A stretch of DNA of 64,000 nucleotides, taken from an uncultured Armatimonadetes bacterium (GTDB lineage: Bacteria > Armatimonadota > Hebobacteria > Hebobacterales > Hebobacteraceae). Location: assembly GCA_963716175.1 (NCBI GenBank), contig OY970296.1, positions 3,232,001-3,296,000 on the forward strand, written 5' to 3'. The translations under genes and the position numbers were made by a program. The notes beneath the pieces were generated by a model, which was not told where the DNA came from, ran no database searches, and was given only the letters and a program-made list of their open reading frames with translations. Positions 1-9,480 of this stretch are shown piece by piece. How positions within the stretch are numbered: position 1 is the first letter of the stretch; each line of letters begins with the position of its first letter.

Positions 1-1295
1 AGCTCGTGCCCCTCGACGTTGGACCTGGGCACCGCACAGCTGGGAGGAAGATAACTGGCGACCACCGCGAGCAGGCACTGGCGGGCGGCCTGCTCCAGCA
101 GGTCGGGCACCGCGAGCTGCTCGCTCTGAAGGCTGACGAGGTCGAGCTTCGCCGCGAGTCGGGGATCCGCGCGATTCGGGGGGAAGGGATAGGTTTCGGG
201 GTCAATACCCGAGTCCGCGACGGCGGCTTCCGCGGCCGCGAAAGGGTCTCGCTCGGGGTGCGCTTCGCGCCACGCTTCCTCCTCTCGCGTGATCGCCGCG
301 AGGCGCTCAGGCGTTTCCTCGGAATAGCCGAGGGCGATCAAGCGGCGACGCGCGTCGCCCGGAGGGGTGTCGCTCACCGTGAGGATGGTGGCCTCGCAAG
401 TCCAATCCTCTGGTATCTCTAGATGAAGCTGAACGTCCCATCCATTCCATCTCAACTTCGCCACCGCGTGCTGCCAGCGCTCTTCCTCACTCGCGAAGGC
501 GGGCCTTTCGCCGGACTGCCGGGCATAGGACACGTCCGTGTTGGGGCCCGACTGAACCTCCTTGGACCACGCTGCCAGATGACTTCGGAGACTCGGGTCG
601 AGATCGCGCATCGGCCTCTCCACCAGGCCGCTCTGGAGCAACTGCTGCATTTCTGCCTCACGCAGGTCAGACAGCCAGGCCAGCATCGGCGCCGTGGCGG
701 GGTCGAGCACCTCCGCGCACAGCATTGGATCGGTCTCCTCGTAGCGCTGCAGGACCTCCTGCGGCGCGAGGGCGCGCGCTCTCTGGTAAAGGGCCAGCCG
801 TGCTCTCAGGTCTTCTCCTCGCTGCCCCACTGTCTTACCTGTGGCGCTCTGGAAGAACCGACTCATCCCCTCATCGAACAGGGGCAGCAGGGAGCGGAAC
901 GTCACCAGCAGGTAGGTGCGATCGGCCGGCGCCTGGTCCCGCCTGAACTCCCAGTAACCATCGAAGAGCCGCGCCAGCGCTACCATGATCCCGTCCAGGG
1001 TGCCGTGCTCGGCGAAGACGGTGAGGTGAAGCGGGAGCAGCCCTTCTTTGGCGGCGAGTTGCACCGAGCAGGTCTCAGAGAACCGGGCGAGGAGTTGCTT
1101 GAGTTCGATGTCCCGCTCCCATACCGAGACGGGGGCCTCGAGTCGCGGGTCCGAGCGGTCTGTCTCCGGCTGCCATTGCTCCCATGCTTGGGGGGTCGGC
1201 GGCGACGCCTCCTGGCACATAGCCGGAGCGAGCGCGGGCAATAGCAGTGCCAGCGCCCCTGCCAGACGGAGCAGACAAACAGGGCCCACCCTCAT
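1..1295 (-). CDS. Secreted hypothetical protein, partial (runs off window start); two DPRL-initiated STN-like segments
   Basis: Absent from ORF track because there is no stop in the window. Manual translation from ATG 1295 (RBS AGGAGAGG) gives MRVGPVCLLRLAGALALLLPALAPAMCQ (signal peptide), then DRSDPRLEAPVSVW and later NRADPRLAAKLDLV, open to position 3. The + ORFs 6..422 and 423..1244 are its antisense shadow. Confidence 0.8.
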   Translation of the reverse strand, partial: MRVGPVCLLRLAGALALLLPALAPAMCQEASPPTPQAWEQWQPETDRSDPRLEAPVSVWERDIELKQLLARFSETCSVQLAAKEGLLPLHLTVFAEHGTLDGIMVALARLFDGYWEFRRDQAPADRTYLLVTFRSLLPLFDEGMSRFFQSATGKTVGQRGEDLRARLALYQRARALAPQEVLQRYEETDPMLCAEVLDPATAPMLAWLSDLREAEMQQLLQSGLVERPMRDLDPSLRSHLAAWSKEVQSGPNTDVSYARQSGERPAFASEEERWQHAVAKLRWNGWDVQLHLEIPEDWTCEATILTVSDTPPGDARRRLIALGYSEETPERLAAITREEEAWREAHPERDPFAAAEAAVADSGIDPETYPFPPNRADPRLAAKLDLVSLQSEQLAVPDLLEQAARQCLLAVVASYLPPSCAVPRSNVEGHE

Positions 1296-1425
1296 CTCTT
1301 CCTCTCCTGGCGGCTCCATTTGTACTGCGAACGAATCGCGGCGTCAAGGAGGCCTGGCGCTGGCCTCCGGCCGCCCCGGAACTTCCCAGGAGGATGCTCT
1401 TTCCTGCCCTGCGAACTATGCAAGC

Positions 1426-2052
1426 ATGGTGCGCGATCTACTGATCCTCGGCACCGGACCACATAGCGCCGAAATGGCGGAGATCGTCGCGCGCGTCAAC
1501 CGCACTCAACCGACCTGGAACCTGCTCGGGTCCGTCTCGGCCAGCGGAGCCGGGGTAGGGGAGGTGCGGAACGGCTATACTGTGCTGGGTTCGCTGGAGC
1601 AAGTCGCTCGCCATCCGACTGCTTGCCTGGTCCCGGACAATGAGTGGCCGCACCCGTTGGAGATCCCCCGTGATCGGCTGGTCTCTCTGGTTGACCCCAG
1701 CGCCTTCGTCTCCCGCACTGCAAGCATGGGAGTGGGCTGTGTCATCTACCCGCACTGCTTCATCGGCCTCCATGCCAGGCTCGGAGATTTCGTGTTCTGC
1801 CTCAGTGGGTGTGTGATCAACCACGATGATGTGCTGGAGGATGGCGTGGTGCTGGCGAGCAATGTGAGCCTGGCCGGAGGCGTCCATGTCGAGGTTGGGT
1901 GCTATCTGGGGCAGGGCTGCGCCATCCGGGAGAACCTGCGTATCGGCCGGGGCAGCCTGATTGGGATGGGCGCGGTGGTGACCAAGGACGTCCCGCCCAA
2001 AAGTGTGATGGCGGGCAACCCGGCGAGAAGGCTGAGGGATAGAGAGACCTAG
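1426..2052 (+). CDS. NeuD/PglD-like sugar O-acetyltransferase (hexapeptide repeat)
   Basis: N-terminal Rossmann-like LLILGTG, hexapeptide repeats, INHDDVLED and C-terminal GAVVTKDVPPKSVMAGNPAR; start trimmed to ATG 1426. Confidence 0.85.
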   Translation: MVRDLLILGTGPHSAEMAEIVARVNRTQPTWNLLGSVSASGAGVGEVRNGYTVLGSLEQVARHPTACLVPDNEWPHPLEIPRDRLVSLVDPSAFVSRTASMGVGCVIYPHCFIGLHARLGDFVFCLSGCVINHDDVLEDGVVLASNVSLAGGVHVEVGCYLGQGCAIRENLRIGRGSLIGMGAVVTKDVPPKSVMAGNPARRLRDRET

Positions 2053-2060
2053 AGTACGGC

Positions 2061-2136
2061 TGGCTCCGCGGCCAGGACTCGAACCTGGAACCTAGTGGTT
2101 AACAGCCACCCGCTCTGCCGATTGAGCTACCGCGGA
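2061..2136 (-). tRNA. tRNA-Asn(GTT)
   Basis: Reverse complement TCCGCGGTAGCTCAATCGGCAGAGCGGGTGGCTGTTAACCACTAGGTTCCAGGTTCGAGTCCTGGCCGCGGAGCCA: cloverleaf, anticodon GTT, GTTCGA T-loop, encoded CCA. Confidence 0.97.
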
Positions 2137-2204
2137 GCACCCGGCGTTGGTATCTTACCACAGGCCGCGGCTGCCCTGCAACGCTGTGCCGTGCCGGCGG
2201 CGCG

Positions 2205-3608
2205 TCAAGACAGCCGGGCCAGCCACTTCCTTTCGATCTCCCGCAGCCGCGCCGCCTGGTCGGGGTCTACACATGGCTCATGCGGCTGACGCAGGATCTC
2301 CTCGACCTTCCTGGCGGCGCGTTCCACCAGGTCGAGCCCGCCCGCGGCCAGCCACTCACCGCGCCGCTGCGGAGCGGTGAGATCGCCGGCAACCAGCTCC
2401 TCACGGAAGTGCACCAGAGTGTGATCGTGTCCGAGGAAGTCGCCGCCGGCGACGCACTCGCGAATCACGTCTAACGCGAGCGTGTCATCAGTTACCTCGA
2501 TCCCCCGCTGCGCTCGCAGGAGTTGAGCGGCCATTTCGTCATCTATCACCGCCTGCTCTAGAGACAGCGTAAGCTCGGTCTCGAGCTGGCCGATACCCCA
2601 GATGATGTTCACCCCAGCGCGGGCGTGGAGCATGGCGGTGAGCGCCTTCTCCAGCGCGGACTGCGCGTCGCAAATGGGATTGTCGCTGCTGATCCAGGAG
2701 GCCGAGGGCAAGCCGTGATAGCGGGCGATCTCTGCTCCCGCGGCGGCGATCAAGCCGTCCTGCACTGCGCCGCTGGTGGCGAGGGCGGCGCGCATATCCA
2801 GCATGTGGGCGAACCCGAGGTTGAACACGCAGGGCCGGCCCGGCTCCAGCACCTGCAAGATGGCGATGCCGGAGAGCGCCTCCGCATTGGCCTGGACGAG
2901 CAGCCCGGCAAGGGTCACCGGCGCGGTGCCGCCAGCCAGGGGTTCGGAGTTGACCATCATGGGAATGCCGAAGCCGGAGGTGCGCAGAAAGAGGTCGAGC
3001 GCGGTGCGGCTCCAGTGGAACGGGCTCACGATGGAGTAGCCGAGGCTGACGATCGGTCTTTCGGCAAGGGAGGCGCCCTCCGAAAGCGCCTCGGCCATCT
3101 CCATGATGGCGATGGGTCCGTCAGGCGAGAAGATGACCGGCCGCAGGTGCTTGGTGGAGTTCTCGGCCAGTAGACGGAAGCCGACGAAGTCGCGCACGAT
3201 AGGGGGATAGTCGGCCAGGTTGGCGCCGACCACGCCGTGGACATGGGGAAGGGCGTCATTGACGCGGGTGATCTGGGCCAGGTCGGCCGAGGTGATCTCC
3301 GTGCGCTCGCGCCCGCGCGCGAGGTACATGGCATTCCCGCCCCAAAAAACCGTACCCCCATCCGCGCCCACCTCCGCCAGACCACCGCGGCGGTCAGCAA
3401 GCCGCAGGTTCCTCGGGGCGCTTTTCACACACTGCCCCACCAGTGCCCGGGGCAGGCAGACCGTGTGCTGATCGGCCCCGCCCTCAGCGCCGGCGGCGCA
3501 GAGGCGGCGGACAAGCTCCGGGTGATCCACCTTGACGCCCACTGTCTCCAGCAGGCCGAGGCTGGCCTCGTGGATGCGCGCGATGTCACTTGAGTTGAGG
3601 AGTCCCAT
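2205..3608 (-). CDS. Trimethylamine methyltransferase MttB-superfamily protein (non-pyrrolysine)
   Basis: IHEASLGLLETVGV N-terminus, GGTAPVTLAG, NAEALSG, ARYHGLP...DAQ...EK motifs; no in-frame TAG. Confidence 0.9.
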   Translation of the reverse strand: MGLLNSSDIARIHEASLGLLETVGVKVDHPELVRRLCAAGAEGGADQHTVCLPRALVGQCVKSAPRNLRLADRRGGLAEVGADGGTVFWGGNAMYLARGRERTEITSADLAQITRVNDALPHVHGVVGANLADYPPIVRDFVGFRLLAENSTKHLRPVIFSPDGPIAIMEMAEALSEGASLAERPIVSLGYSIVSPFHWSRTALDLFLRTSGFGIPMMVNSEPLAGGTAPVTLAGLLVQANAEALSGIAILQVLEPGRPCVFNLGFAHMLDMRAALATSGAVQDGLIAAAGAEIARYHGLPSASWISSDNPICDAQSALEKALTAMLHARAGVNIIWGIGQLETELTLSLEQAVIDDEMAAQLLRAQRGIEVTDDTLALDVIRECVAGGDFLGHDHTLVHFREELVAGDLTAPQRRGEWLAAGGLDLVERAARKVEEILRQPHEPCVDPDQAARLREIERKWLARLS

Positions 3609-3611
3609 CGC

Positions 3612-4178
3612 CTACTTCTGACGCTGGAAGCGGCCCGGCTCTCCGAAGAGCTGGGTCCCCTCCGCGTGTTTCAGGACCAGGGCCTGGAGGTCTTGCGTGG
3701 GCGCGGTGAGCACGGTGGTGTCTTCGATCCGCTCATGGCCAATCTGGGTCTCTCCCTGCTTGATCTTCTGATCCAGAGCGTCGGGGTCCATGGATGCGAT
3801 CTCCAGGCTGTCACCTTTGATCTGGAGACGGGAGCAAGTGTGCGCGGGCACGAAGTGAAAGGCCCAGAAGGCGCTGATGTTCTCGCACTGCTTTTCCTCA
3901 ATGGGTTTGGGGAAGAGGTCCAGGAAGAGGTGGTCTCCCAGCTTCAGCAGGTGTCCCTGGAACTTGCCGGGCTTGCCCTCCTCCAAGACGGTCACCTGAT
4001 AGGCCTTGTCTCCCTCCTTCTCGAAGGTCCACGTGTCCTTGCTGTCGGAGGGCACCCAGGTGCCGACCAGGGCCGGCTCGAAGACCAGGTCCTTCTCGGT
4101 GTAGAAGGGGTGGATCGAAGGCACGCATCCGGACAGCAGGAGTACCGGCGCCAGCCAGAACAGGCTTCGGGTACGCAC
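3612..4178 (-). CDS. Putative lipoprotein
   Basis: GTG start after AGGAG; lipobox LLLSGC followed by VPSIHPFY...LVGTW. Confidence 0.8.
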   Translation of the reverse strand: MRTRSLFWLAPVLLLSGCVPSIHPFYTEKDLVFEPALVGTWVPSDSKDTWTFEKEGDKAYQVTVLEEGKPGKFQGHLLKLGDHLFLDLFPKPIEEKQCENISAFWAFHFVPAHTCSRLQIKGDSLEIASMDPDALDQKIKQGETQIGHERIEDTTVLTAPTQDLQALVLKHAEGTQLFGEPGRFQRQK

Positions 4179-4220
4179 GGTTATGCTCCTTTCCTGAGCC
4201 GAAGTTAGACTGCGGCCGGG

Positions 4221-4249
4221 ATGGTAGCAGGCCTCGGGCAAGGGGTCAA
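4221..4249 (-). promoter_or_regulatory. Sigma70-type promoter for the lipoprotein/mttB unit
   Basis: TTGACC-17 nt-TACCAT with extended TG on the minus strand. Confidence 0.55.
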
Positions 4250-4323
4250 TGACGGCTGGTGGGAGGGGCTGGGAGGACCGCTGGGTGCGGTCAGGCCGTG
4301 TGCCAATGAGCCCCCACGTGGTC

Positions 4324-4351
4324 TTGACAGGCCCCTCGCGCAGACTATACT
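4324..4351 (+). promoter_or_regulatory. Sigma70-type promoter for the radical SAM operon
   Basis: TTGACA-16 nt-TATACT, near consensus, ~140 nt upstream of ATG 4493. Confidence 0.7.
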
Positions 4352-4492
4352 CTGTCGCAAAGAGCGGTTTTCCTGCTGGGTAAGCAAGCGGATGGAATGG
4401 CGCGACGAGGGCCGCTTGCGGGAAGAGAGGCCGGTCGGAGAAGGCGCGGCAGTGGGCGCCTGGGATTGGACCTTGCACAAGGAGGCTGTGAC

Positions 4493-5926
4493 ATGTCTCT
4501 TTCCAGTGCTAGACTCACTGCGATCAGGTATCTGGCGAGCCAAACCGCGCCGTTTCTGCTGAGTCACGCCAGTGACAGCCGCCTGATCACCTTAACGCGG
4601 GTGCTGGAGCGCGTGGCGCGCACTGAGCACCACAAGGCCCAGGTCAGATACCTGCGTCAGCTCGTCGTGGAGCAGCACCCCTCTGTGGTGCTGATGCGCC
4701 GCGTGCTGGAGCTACACCCCAATGCCAGGCGCGGCATCATCAACTCCCTGGGCATCAACGCCACCTGGTTGGGCGAGGCGGAGCGTACCGCTTTCGCGGC
4801 CGAGCACGGGGTACGGCCGCCCTATCTGATCGTGATCAGCCCGACCATGCGCTGCAACCTGCGCTGCCTGGGCTGCTACGCCGGCAACTACCCCCGAGAT
4901 GGGCAGGACCCGCTCTCCTTCGACGACCTGGATCGGATCGTGTCGGAGGGCAAGGAGATGGGCGTCTACATGTACACCATCTCCGGAGGCGAGCCCTTCA
5001 TGAGGCCGGATCTGCTCGACCTCTACGACAAGCACCGCGACTGCGTGTTCTTGATCTACACCAACGGCATCTGCATAGACGACAAGACGGTCGCGCGCCT
5101 GCAGGCCTGCGGCAATGCCGCGCCGGGCATCAGCGTGGAGGGATGGGAGGCACAGACGGATTTCCGGAGGGGCAAGGGCGTCTACCGCAGGGTGATGGCC
5201 ACCATGGACGCGCTGCGGGAGGCGGGGATCTTCTTCGGCTTCTCGGCCACCGCCACTCGGCTCAACGCCGAAGTCTACTACGACGAGGGGTTCTACGACT
5301 TCATGGCCGAGAAGGGCTGCCTTTTCGGCTGGTTCTTCATCTTCGTGCCGGTGGGGCAGGACAGCTCGGTGGACCTGATGGTGACCCCACAGCAGCGGGA
5401 CAGGCTCCGCCGGGCGGTGTCTCGCATGCGCGCCACCAAGCCCATCTTCGTGGCGGACTTCTGGAATGACGGCTGCCTCACGGGCGGCTGCATGTCCGGG
5501 GGGACTCTCTATCTTCACGTCAACTACCGGGGCGACCTGGAGCCCTGTGTGTTCATGCACTTCGCCGAGGACAACATCCTGGAGATGCACGCCCGCGGCC
5601 AGCATCTATGGGAGGTGCTGAAGAGCCCCTTGTTCACCCGGATTCGGGGGGTGAACCGGCGCGATCCGAACCCCCTGCGGCCCTGCCCCATCATAGACCA
5701 TAACGAATGGCTGGCAGAGGCCCTCGCCGGCACTCGGGCTCGGCCCACTCACCCCGGTGCCGAGGACATCGTCACCCGCCTGGCCCCGCAGGTGCGGGCC
5801 TGGGCGGCCGAATACGGAAAGCTGGCCGATCATGCTTGGTATCAGAGCGGTGAGTACGCCTGGGCCCAGCGGCCGGGGGACCCGCTCTGGACCTCCGATC
5901 ACGAGCTGTCTGAGCGGGCCAGCTAG
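4493..5926 (+). CDS. Radical SAM protein with SPASM/twitch domain (possible membrane-spanning lipid synthase family)
   Basis: CNLRCLGC cluster motif, ISGGEP, YTNG, C-terminal GC..GG...GDLEPC...RPCPIID; RBS AAGGAGG before ATG 4493. Confidence 0.88.
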   Translation: MSLSSARLTAIRYLASQTAPFLLSHASDSRLITLTRVLERVARTEHHKAQVRYLRQLVVEQHPSVVLMRRVLELHPNARRGIINSLGINATWLGEAERTAFAAEHGVRPPYLIVISPTMRCNLRCLGCYAGNYPRDGQDPLSFDDLDRIVSEGKEMGVYMYTISGGEPFMRPDLLDLYDKHRDCVFLIYTNGICIDDKTVARLQACGNAAPGISVEGWEAQTDFRRGKGVYRRVMATMDALREAGIFFGFSATATRLNAEVYYDEGFYDFMAEKGCLFGWFFIFVPVGQDSSVDLMVTPQQRDRLRRAVSRMRATKPIFVADFWNDGCLTGGCMSGGTLYLHVNYRGDLEPCVFMHFAEDNILEMHARGQHLWEVLKSPLFTRIRGVNRRDPNPLRPCPIIDHNEWLAEALAGTRARPTHPGAEDIVTRLAPQVRAWAAEYGKLADHAWYQSGEYAWAQRPGDPLWTSDHELSERAS

Positions 5927-5948
5927 CGCCAGCGCCAGAGGAGGCCGG

Positions 5949-7247
5949 TTGCGAATCCTATTGCTGTCACCCAACCGCAAGCGCGATCCTGGAGCGGGGC
6001 CGGAGCGGCGGCTGAGAGGCACTTTCCCGCCGCTTTCGCTCCTCCAGGTGGCCGCGCTCACACCCCCCGAGTATGACCTGAGGATGCAGGATGAGGCGGT
6101 GCAGGAGATTGACCTCCGGGCCGACTGCGACCTGGTCGGGATCACCGCCTTCACCTCCTCCGCTCCTCGCGGCTACGACCTGGGCGATGCGTTTCGCGCC
6201 CGAGGGATTCCCGTGGTGATCGGTGGAATGCACGCCTCCGCCTGCCCGGAGGAGGCCCTTCAGCACTGCGACGCGGTGGTGGTGGGCGAGGCCGAGGGGG
6301 CCTGGCCGCGGCTGCTGTCGGACTGGCGCCAGCACCGGCTGGCGCCCATCTACCGCAGCGCCGACTACCCCGATGGGAGCGCCATTCCTGCGCCGCGGCG
6401 GGACCTGCTGCGCCGGGAAGACTACCTGGTGCCGGACACGGTGCAGGCCACCCGCGGCTGCGCCCACAACTGCTCCTTCTGCTCCGTGAGCACGTTCTTC
6501 GGCCAGCGGGTGCGAAGCCGGCCGGTGGACGAGGTGGCGGCCGAAGTAGCAGCTCTCCCCGGGCGGGTAGTAGTGTTCGTGGACGACAACATCATGGCTC
6601 TCCCCCGCCAGGCCGGCCGCTTGTTCGAGGCCCTCTCCGGAACCGGCAAGAAGTGGCTGGGGCAGGCCTCCACCGCGGTGGTGCAGAATGCCGAGCTGCT
6701 GCGGCTGGCGGCGCGCAGCGGCTGCCGGGCGCTGTTCATGGGGCTGGAGAGCCTGTCCAGCGCGGCCCTGGGACGGGTCAACAAGAGCTTCAACCTGGTG
6801 AGCAAGTTCGAGGACACCATCGCCCGCATGCACGACCTGGGCATTGGTGTCATCGGGGCCTTCATGTTCGGCTTCGACGGGGAAGACGACTCCGTCTTCG
6901 CGCGCACTGCTGAGTTCGCCGACCGCGCGCACATTGACGTCCCTCAATACTCCATCCTCACACCTTTGCCTGGCACCCCCCTCTACGACCGGATGGAGGC
7001 GGAGCACAGGATCTTCGACCGGGACTGGTCGCATTACGACGGAGGGCACGTCGTATTCGCGCCGCGGGGGACCACGCCGGAGAAGCTGGAACAGGGGCTG
7101 AAGGCGGCGTTGAGACACAGCTACTCTCGGCTCGGGATTCTCCGACGGCTGTTCGGGCTGTCAACCCGGCTGCCACTGATGCTGGCGCTCAACCTGGCCT
7201 TTCGCCGCCGCGCCATACCGTTCGCCATGGGGCCGACCCGCCTGTAG
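5949..7247 (+). CDS. B12-binding radical SAM protein (class B methyltransferase-like)
   Basis: PPLSLLQVAALTP and GGMHAS..PEE cobalamin-binding domain; TRGCAHNCSFC; FVDDN; GLES; TPLPGTPLY. TTG start after GAGGAGG. Confidence 0.9.
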   Translation: MRILLLSPNRKRDPGAGPERRLRGTFPPLSLLQVAALTPPEYDLRMQDEAVQEIDLRADCDLVGITAFTSSAPRGYDLGDAFRARGIPVVIGGMHASACPEEALQHCDAVVVGEAEGAWPRLLSDWRQHRLAPIYRSADYPDGSAIPAPRRDLLRREDYLVPDTVQATRGCAHNCSFCSVSTFFGQRVRSRPVDEVAAEVAALPGRVVVFVDDNIMALPRQAGRLFEALSGTGKKWLGQASTAVVQNAELLRLAARSGCRALFMGLESLSSAALGRVNKSFNLVSKFEDTIARMHDLGIGVIGAFMFGFDGEDDSVFARTAEFADRAHIDVPQYSILTPLPGTPLYDRMEAEHRIFDRDWSHYDGGHVVFAPRGTTPEKLEQGLKAALRHSYSRLGILRRLFGLSTRLPLMLALNLAFRRRAIPFAMGPTRL

Positions 7248-7320
7248 GGTAGGCATGCCCATGCCCACCGCCTCTCTGTCCGGCAGGAGCTCGCCTCCTG
7301 CCACTGTGGGGTGGGCACGG
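7244..7320 (+). repeat. Degenerate GTAG-type REP palindrome cluster
   Basis: GTAG-GGTAGGCAT-GCCC-ATGCCCACC hairpin, then GGCAGGAG-CTCGC-CTCCTGCC, which resembles the copy at 56830-56854. Confidence 0.6.
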
Positions 7321-7376
7321 CGACGCCAGCGGCTCGCGTTCATGCCGACATCACCCCGATATGCGAAGCTGAATAG

Positions 7377-9314
7377 GTGAGCCTTTCCCCCCGGTCCCTG
7401 CTCGTAGGCCTGGTCGGCATCGTCGTCGTCTCTTTCATCGTCTCCTGGGCCGAGCTGGTCACCGGGCAGATCATGATTGGCTTTCTGCAACTCCCGCCCG
7501 TGGTGGTGGCCGCGCTTTTCCTGCTGGTGCTGCTGACCAAGGCCATGCGGCGAATAGCCCCTCGCCTCTCCCTCCGCCCCGGCGAGATCGCCGTGGTCTA
7601 CTGCATGCTGCTGATGGCCGCCATGCTCTCCTCCCGGGGCCTGATGGAGGACCTGCTGCCCACCCTGGTCGGCGTGAACTACTACGCCGACCCTGGCAAT
7701 CGCTGGGAGGAGCTGTTCTTCCGGTATATTCCAGCCTGGGCGGTTCCCTGGGACCCGGGCGGGGGCGTGCACCAGTTCCCCGCCACGGCCTTCTATCAGG
7801 AGTTGCGAGAGGGAGAGCGCCTCCCCTGGGGGCTCTGGCTGGGGCCTCTGGCCCGCTGGCTGCTGCTGGTAGCCGCCATCTTCATCGCCTTCCTCTGCCT
7901 GGCCGCCATCCTGCGCCGGCAGTGGAGCGACTACGAGCGCCTCTCCTATCCCCTGGTCCAGCTCCCGGTCGAGATGATCCGGGAGCCAGCCGGGCGCTCC
8001 TTCCTCAGCAATCGCCTCACCTGGGCCGGCTTCGCCATTCCTACCCTGCTCTTTGGCCTCAACGGCCTGCACAACTGGGACCCATCTCTGCCTTCCATCA
8101 ATGTCGAGATCTCTCTCAACAACTACTTCACCGCGCGGCCCTGGTCCGATATCACCTTCTTCGTCGCTTATCTCTCGCCCGGCGCCGTGGGCTTCTTCTA
8201 CTTGCTGCCGGTGGAGCTGCTGCTGAGCTTCTGGCTCTTCCACGTGGTGGCCAAGGTGCAGGATCTGCTGTTCTCGGCCCTGGCATTTCCTCCCATCTCC
8301 ACTCCCCACGGCAGCGGTGATGGCTACATGGACTACCAGACCGCGGGAGCTTACTTCGTCCTCGTCATCTACCTGGGAGCGGTGGCCCTGCCGCATCTGA
8401 AGGGAGCCCTGCGTCGGGCGATAGGTCGCGGGGGACCGTCCGGCCGGGAGGAGATGATCCCCTATCGCGGAGCCGTCTGGGGCCTGGGGCTGGGTTTGGC
8501 CGGGGCGGTGGTGTGGCTTCACCAACTGGGCATGAACGTCGGCTATGCCTGCTTCGTGCTCCTGGTCTACGTCTTCGTGGAGGCGATCGTGATGGCCCGC
8601 GGCTGCACCGAGGGCGGTCTCCCCATGTCGGAGGGCTGCTTCACCCCTATGGACATCAGCGCCCTGGTGATCCCCTCCATGGCCCTGGGTCCCAAGAACC
8701 TCATCGGCTCCGCCTTCTTCGATGCCATGTTCACCCGGGACCTGAGGGGGCTGGTGCTGACCGGGTTCCTGGACGGACAGAAGCTGGGCGACGAGATCGG
8801 CGTCAGGCGCCGCAGCCTCCTCTACGTGTTCGCCATCGCCATCCTGGTCACCATCCCGGTGGCCGGCGCCATCCAGCTCTGGCTGCCCTACCACCGGGGC
8901 GCCGCCGGTATGTACTCCTTCACCTACTATGGCAACAACATCCAGTTCTTCCGCGAGAACGGCGCCTTCCTGGAGGGTGAGACCCAGCATCTCTCCGGCG
9001 CCCTCGTCGCCTTCATCGCGGGAGGCATGGTCACCGCCCTGCTGGCCACACTGAGAGTCCGCTACGTGGGCTGGCCTCTCCACCCTCTGGGCTACGCTCT
9101 TTCCACCTCCTGGACCACGATGGTGTTCTGGTTCCCCATGCTGGTGGCCTGGGTGGTGAAAACCGTGATCGTGCATTACGGCGGGATGCGCCTCTACACG
9201 CGGCTGCGGCCATTCTTCCTGGGCCTCATCTTCGGCGAGTTCACCTCGGCCGTGATGTGGACCTTGATTGCCATGATCTGGCAGGTCCCGGCACCCATGT
9301 TTCCGTGGCCGTGA
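7377..9314 (+). CDS. DUF6785/DUF6784-like polytopic membrane protein (OPT-transporter-like), paralog 1
   Basis: Many TM helices; RRQW..ERLSYPLVQLP, WPLHPLGY, YGG..LY..LRPFFLGLIFGE motifs. Confidence 0.8.
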   Translation: MSLSPRSLLVGLVGIVVVSFIVSWAELVTGQIMIGFLQLPPVVVAALFLLVLLTKAMRRIAPRLSLRPGEIAVVYCMLLMAAMLSSRGLMEDLLPTLVGVNYYADPGNRWEELFFRYIPAWAVPWDPGGGVHQFPATAFYQELREGERLPWGLWLGPLARWLLLVAAIFIAFLCLAAILRRQWSDYERLSYPLVQLPVEMIREPAGRSFLSNRLTWAGFAIPTLLFGLNGLHNWDPSLPSINVEISLNNYFTARPWSDITFFVAYLSPGAVGFFYLLPVELLLSFWLFHVVAKVQDLLFSALAFPPISTPHGSGDGYMDYQTAGAYFVLVIYLGAVALPHLKGALRRAIGRGGPSGREEMIPYRGAVWGLGLGLAGAVVWLHQLGMNVGYACFVLLVYVFVEAIVMARGCTEGGLPMSEGCFTPMDISALVIPSMALGPKNLIGSAFFDAMFTRDLRGLVLTGFLDGQKLGDEIGVRRRSLLYVFAIAILVTIPVAGAIQLWLPYHRGAAGMYSFTYYGNNIQFFRENGAFLEGETQHLSGALVAFIAGGMVTALLATLRVRYVGWPLHPLGYALSTSWTTMVFWFPMLVAWVVKTVIVHYGGMRLYTRLRPFFLGLIFGEFTSAVMWTLIAMIWQVPAPMFPWP

Positions 9315-9320
9315 GCCGCG

Positions 9321-9459
9321 GTAGGGCACAGCCGTTCCCACCCACCCTGTCGGGGCAGGTCAGCAAGCACACGGCGCCTAATCCCTGGGCCGTCAGTGGG
9401 AGCAACGTTCTTGTCGCGATCGGCCCTGGTCGCCCTCGGCGCAAGAATGTGCCTGCTAC
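9321..9459. repeat. Degenerate REP/REPIN-like inverted pair
   Basis: GTAGGGCAC at 9321; GTGGGAGCAACGTTCTTGTCGCGA (9396) facing GCGCAAGAATGTGCCTGCTAC (ends 9459). Confidence 0.5.
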
Positions 9460-9480
9460 GATGTGAACGGGGCTCATGGG

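Noticed and set aside
6-1244. Plus-strand ORFs 6..422 and 423..1244
   Set aside because: In-register antisense shadows of the real minus-strand gene starting at 1295
2061-2136. tRNA as integration site of a genomic island
   Set aside because: No integrase and no duplicated tRNA 3' end seen in the window
2205-3608. Pyrrolysine recoding in the MttB homolog
   Set aside because: ORF is uninterrupted, with no in-frame TAG, and no pyl genes are in the window
4355-4490. Possible cobalamin or c-di-GMP riboswitch in the radical SAM leader
   Set aside because: Only a GGGAAG word; B12-box and GEMM core motifs are not recognisable by eye. An Infernal/Rfam scan would settle it
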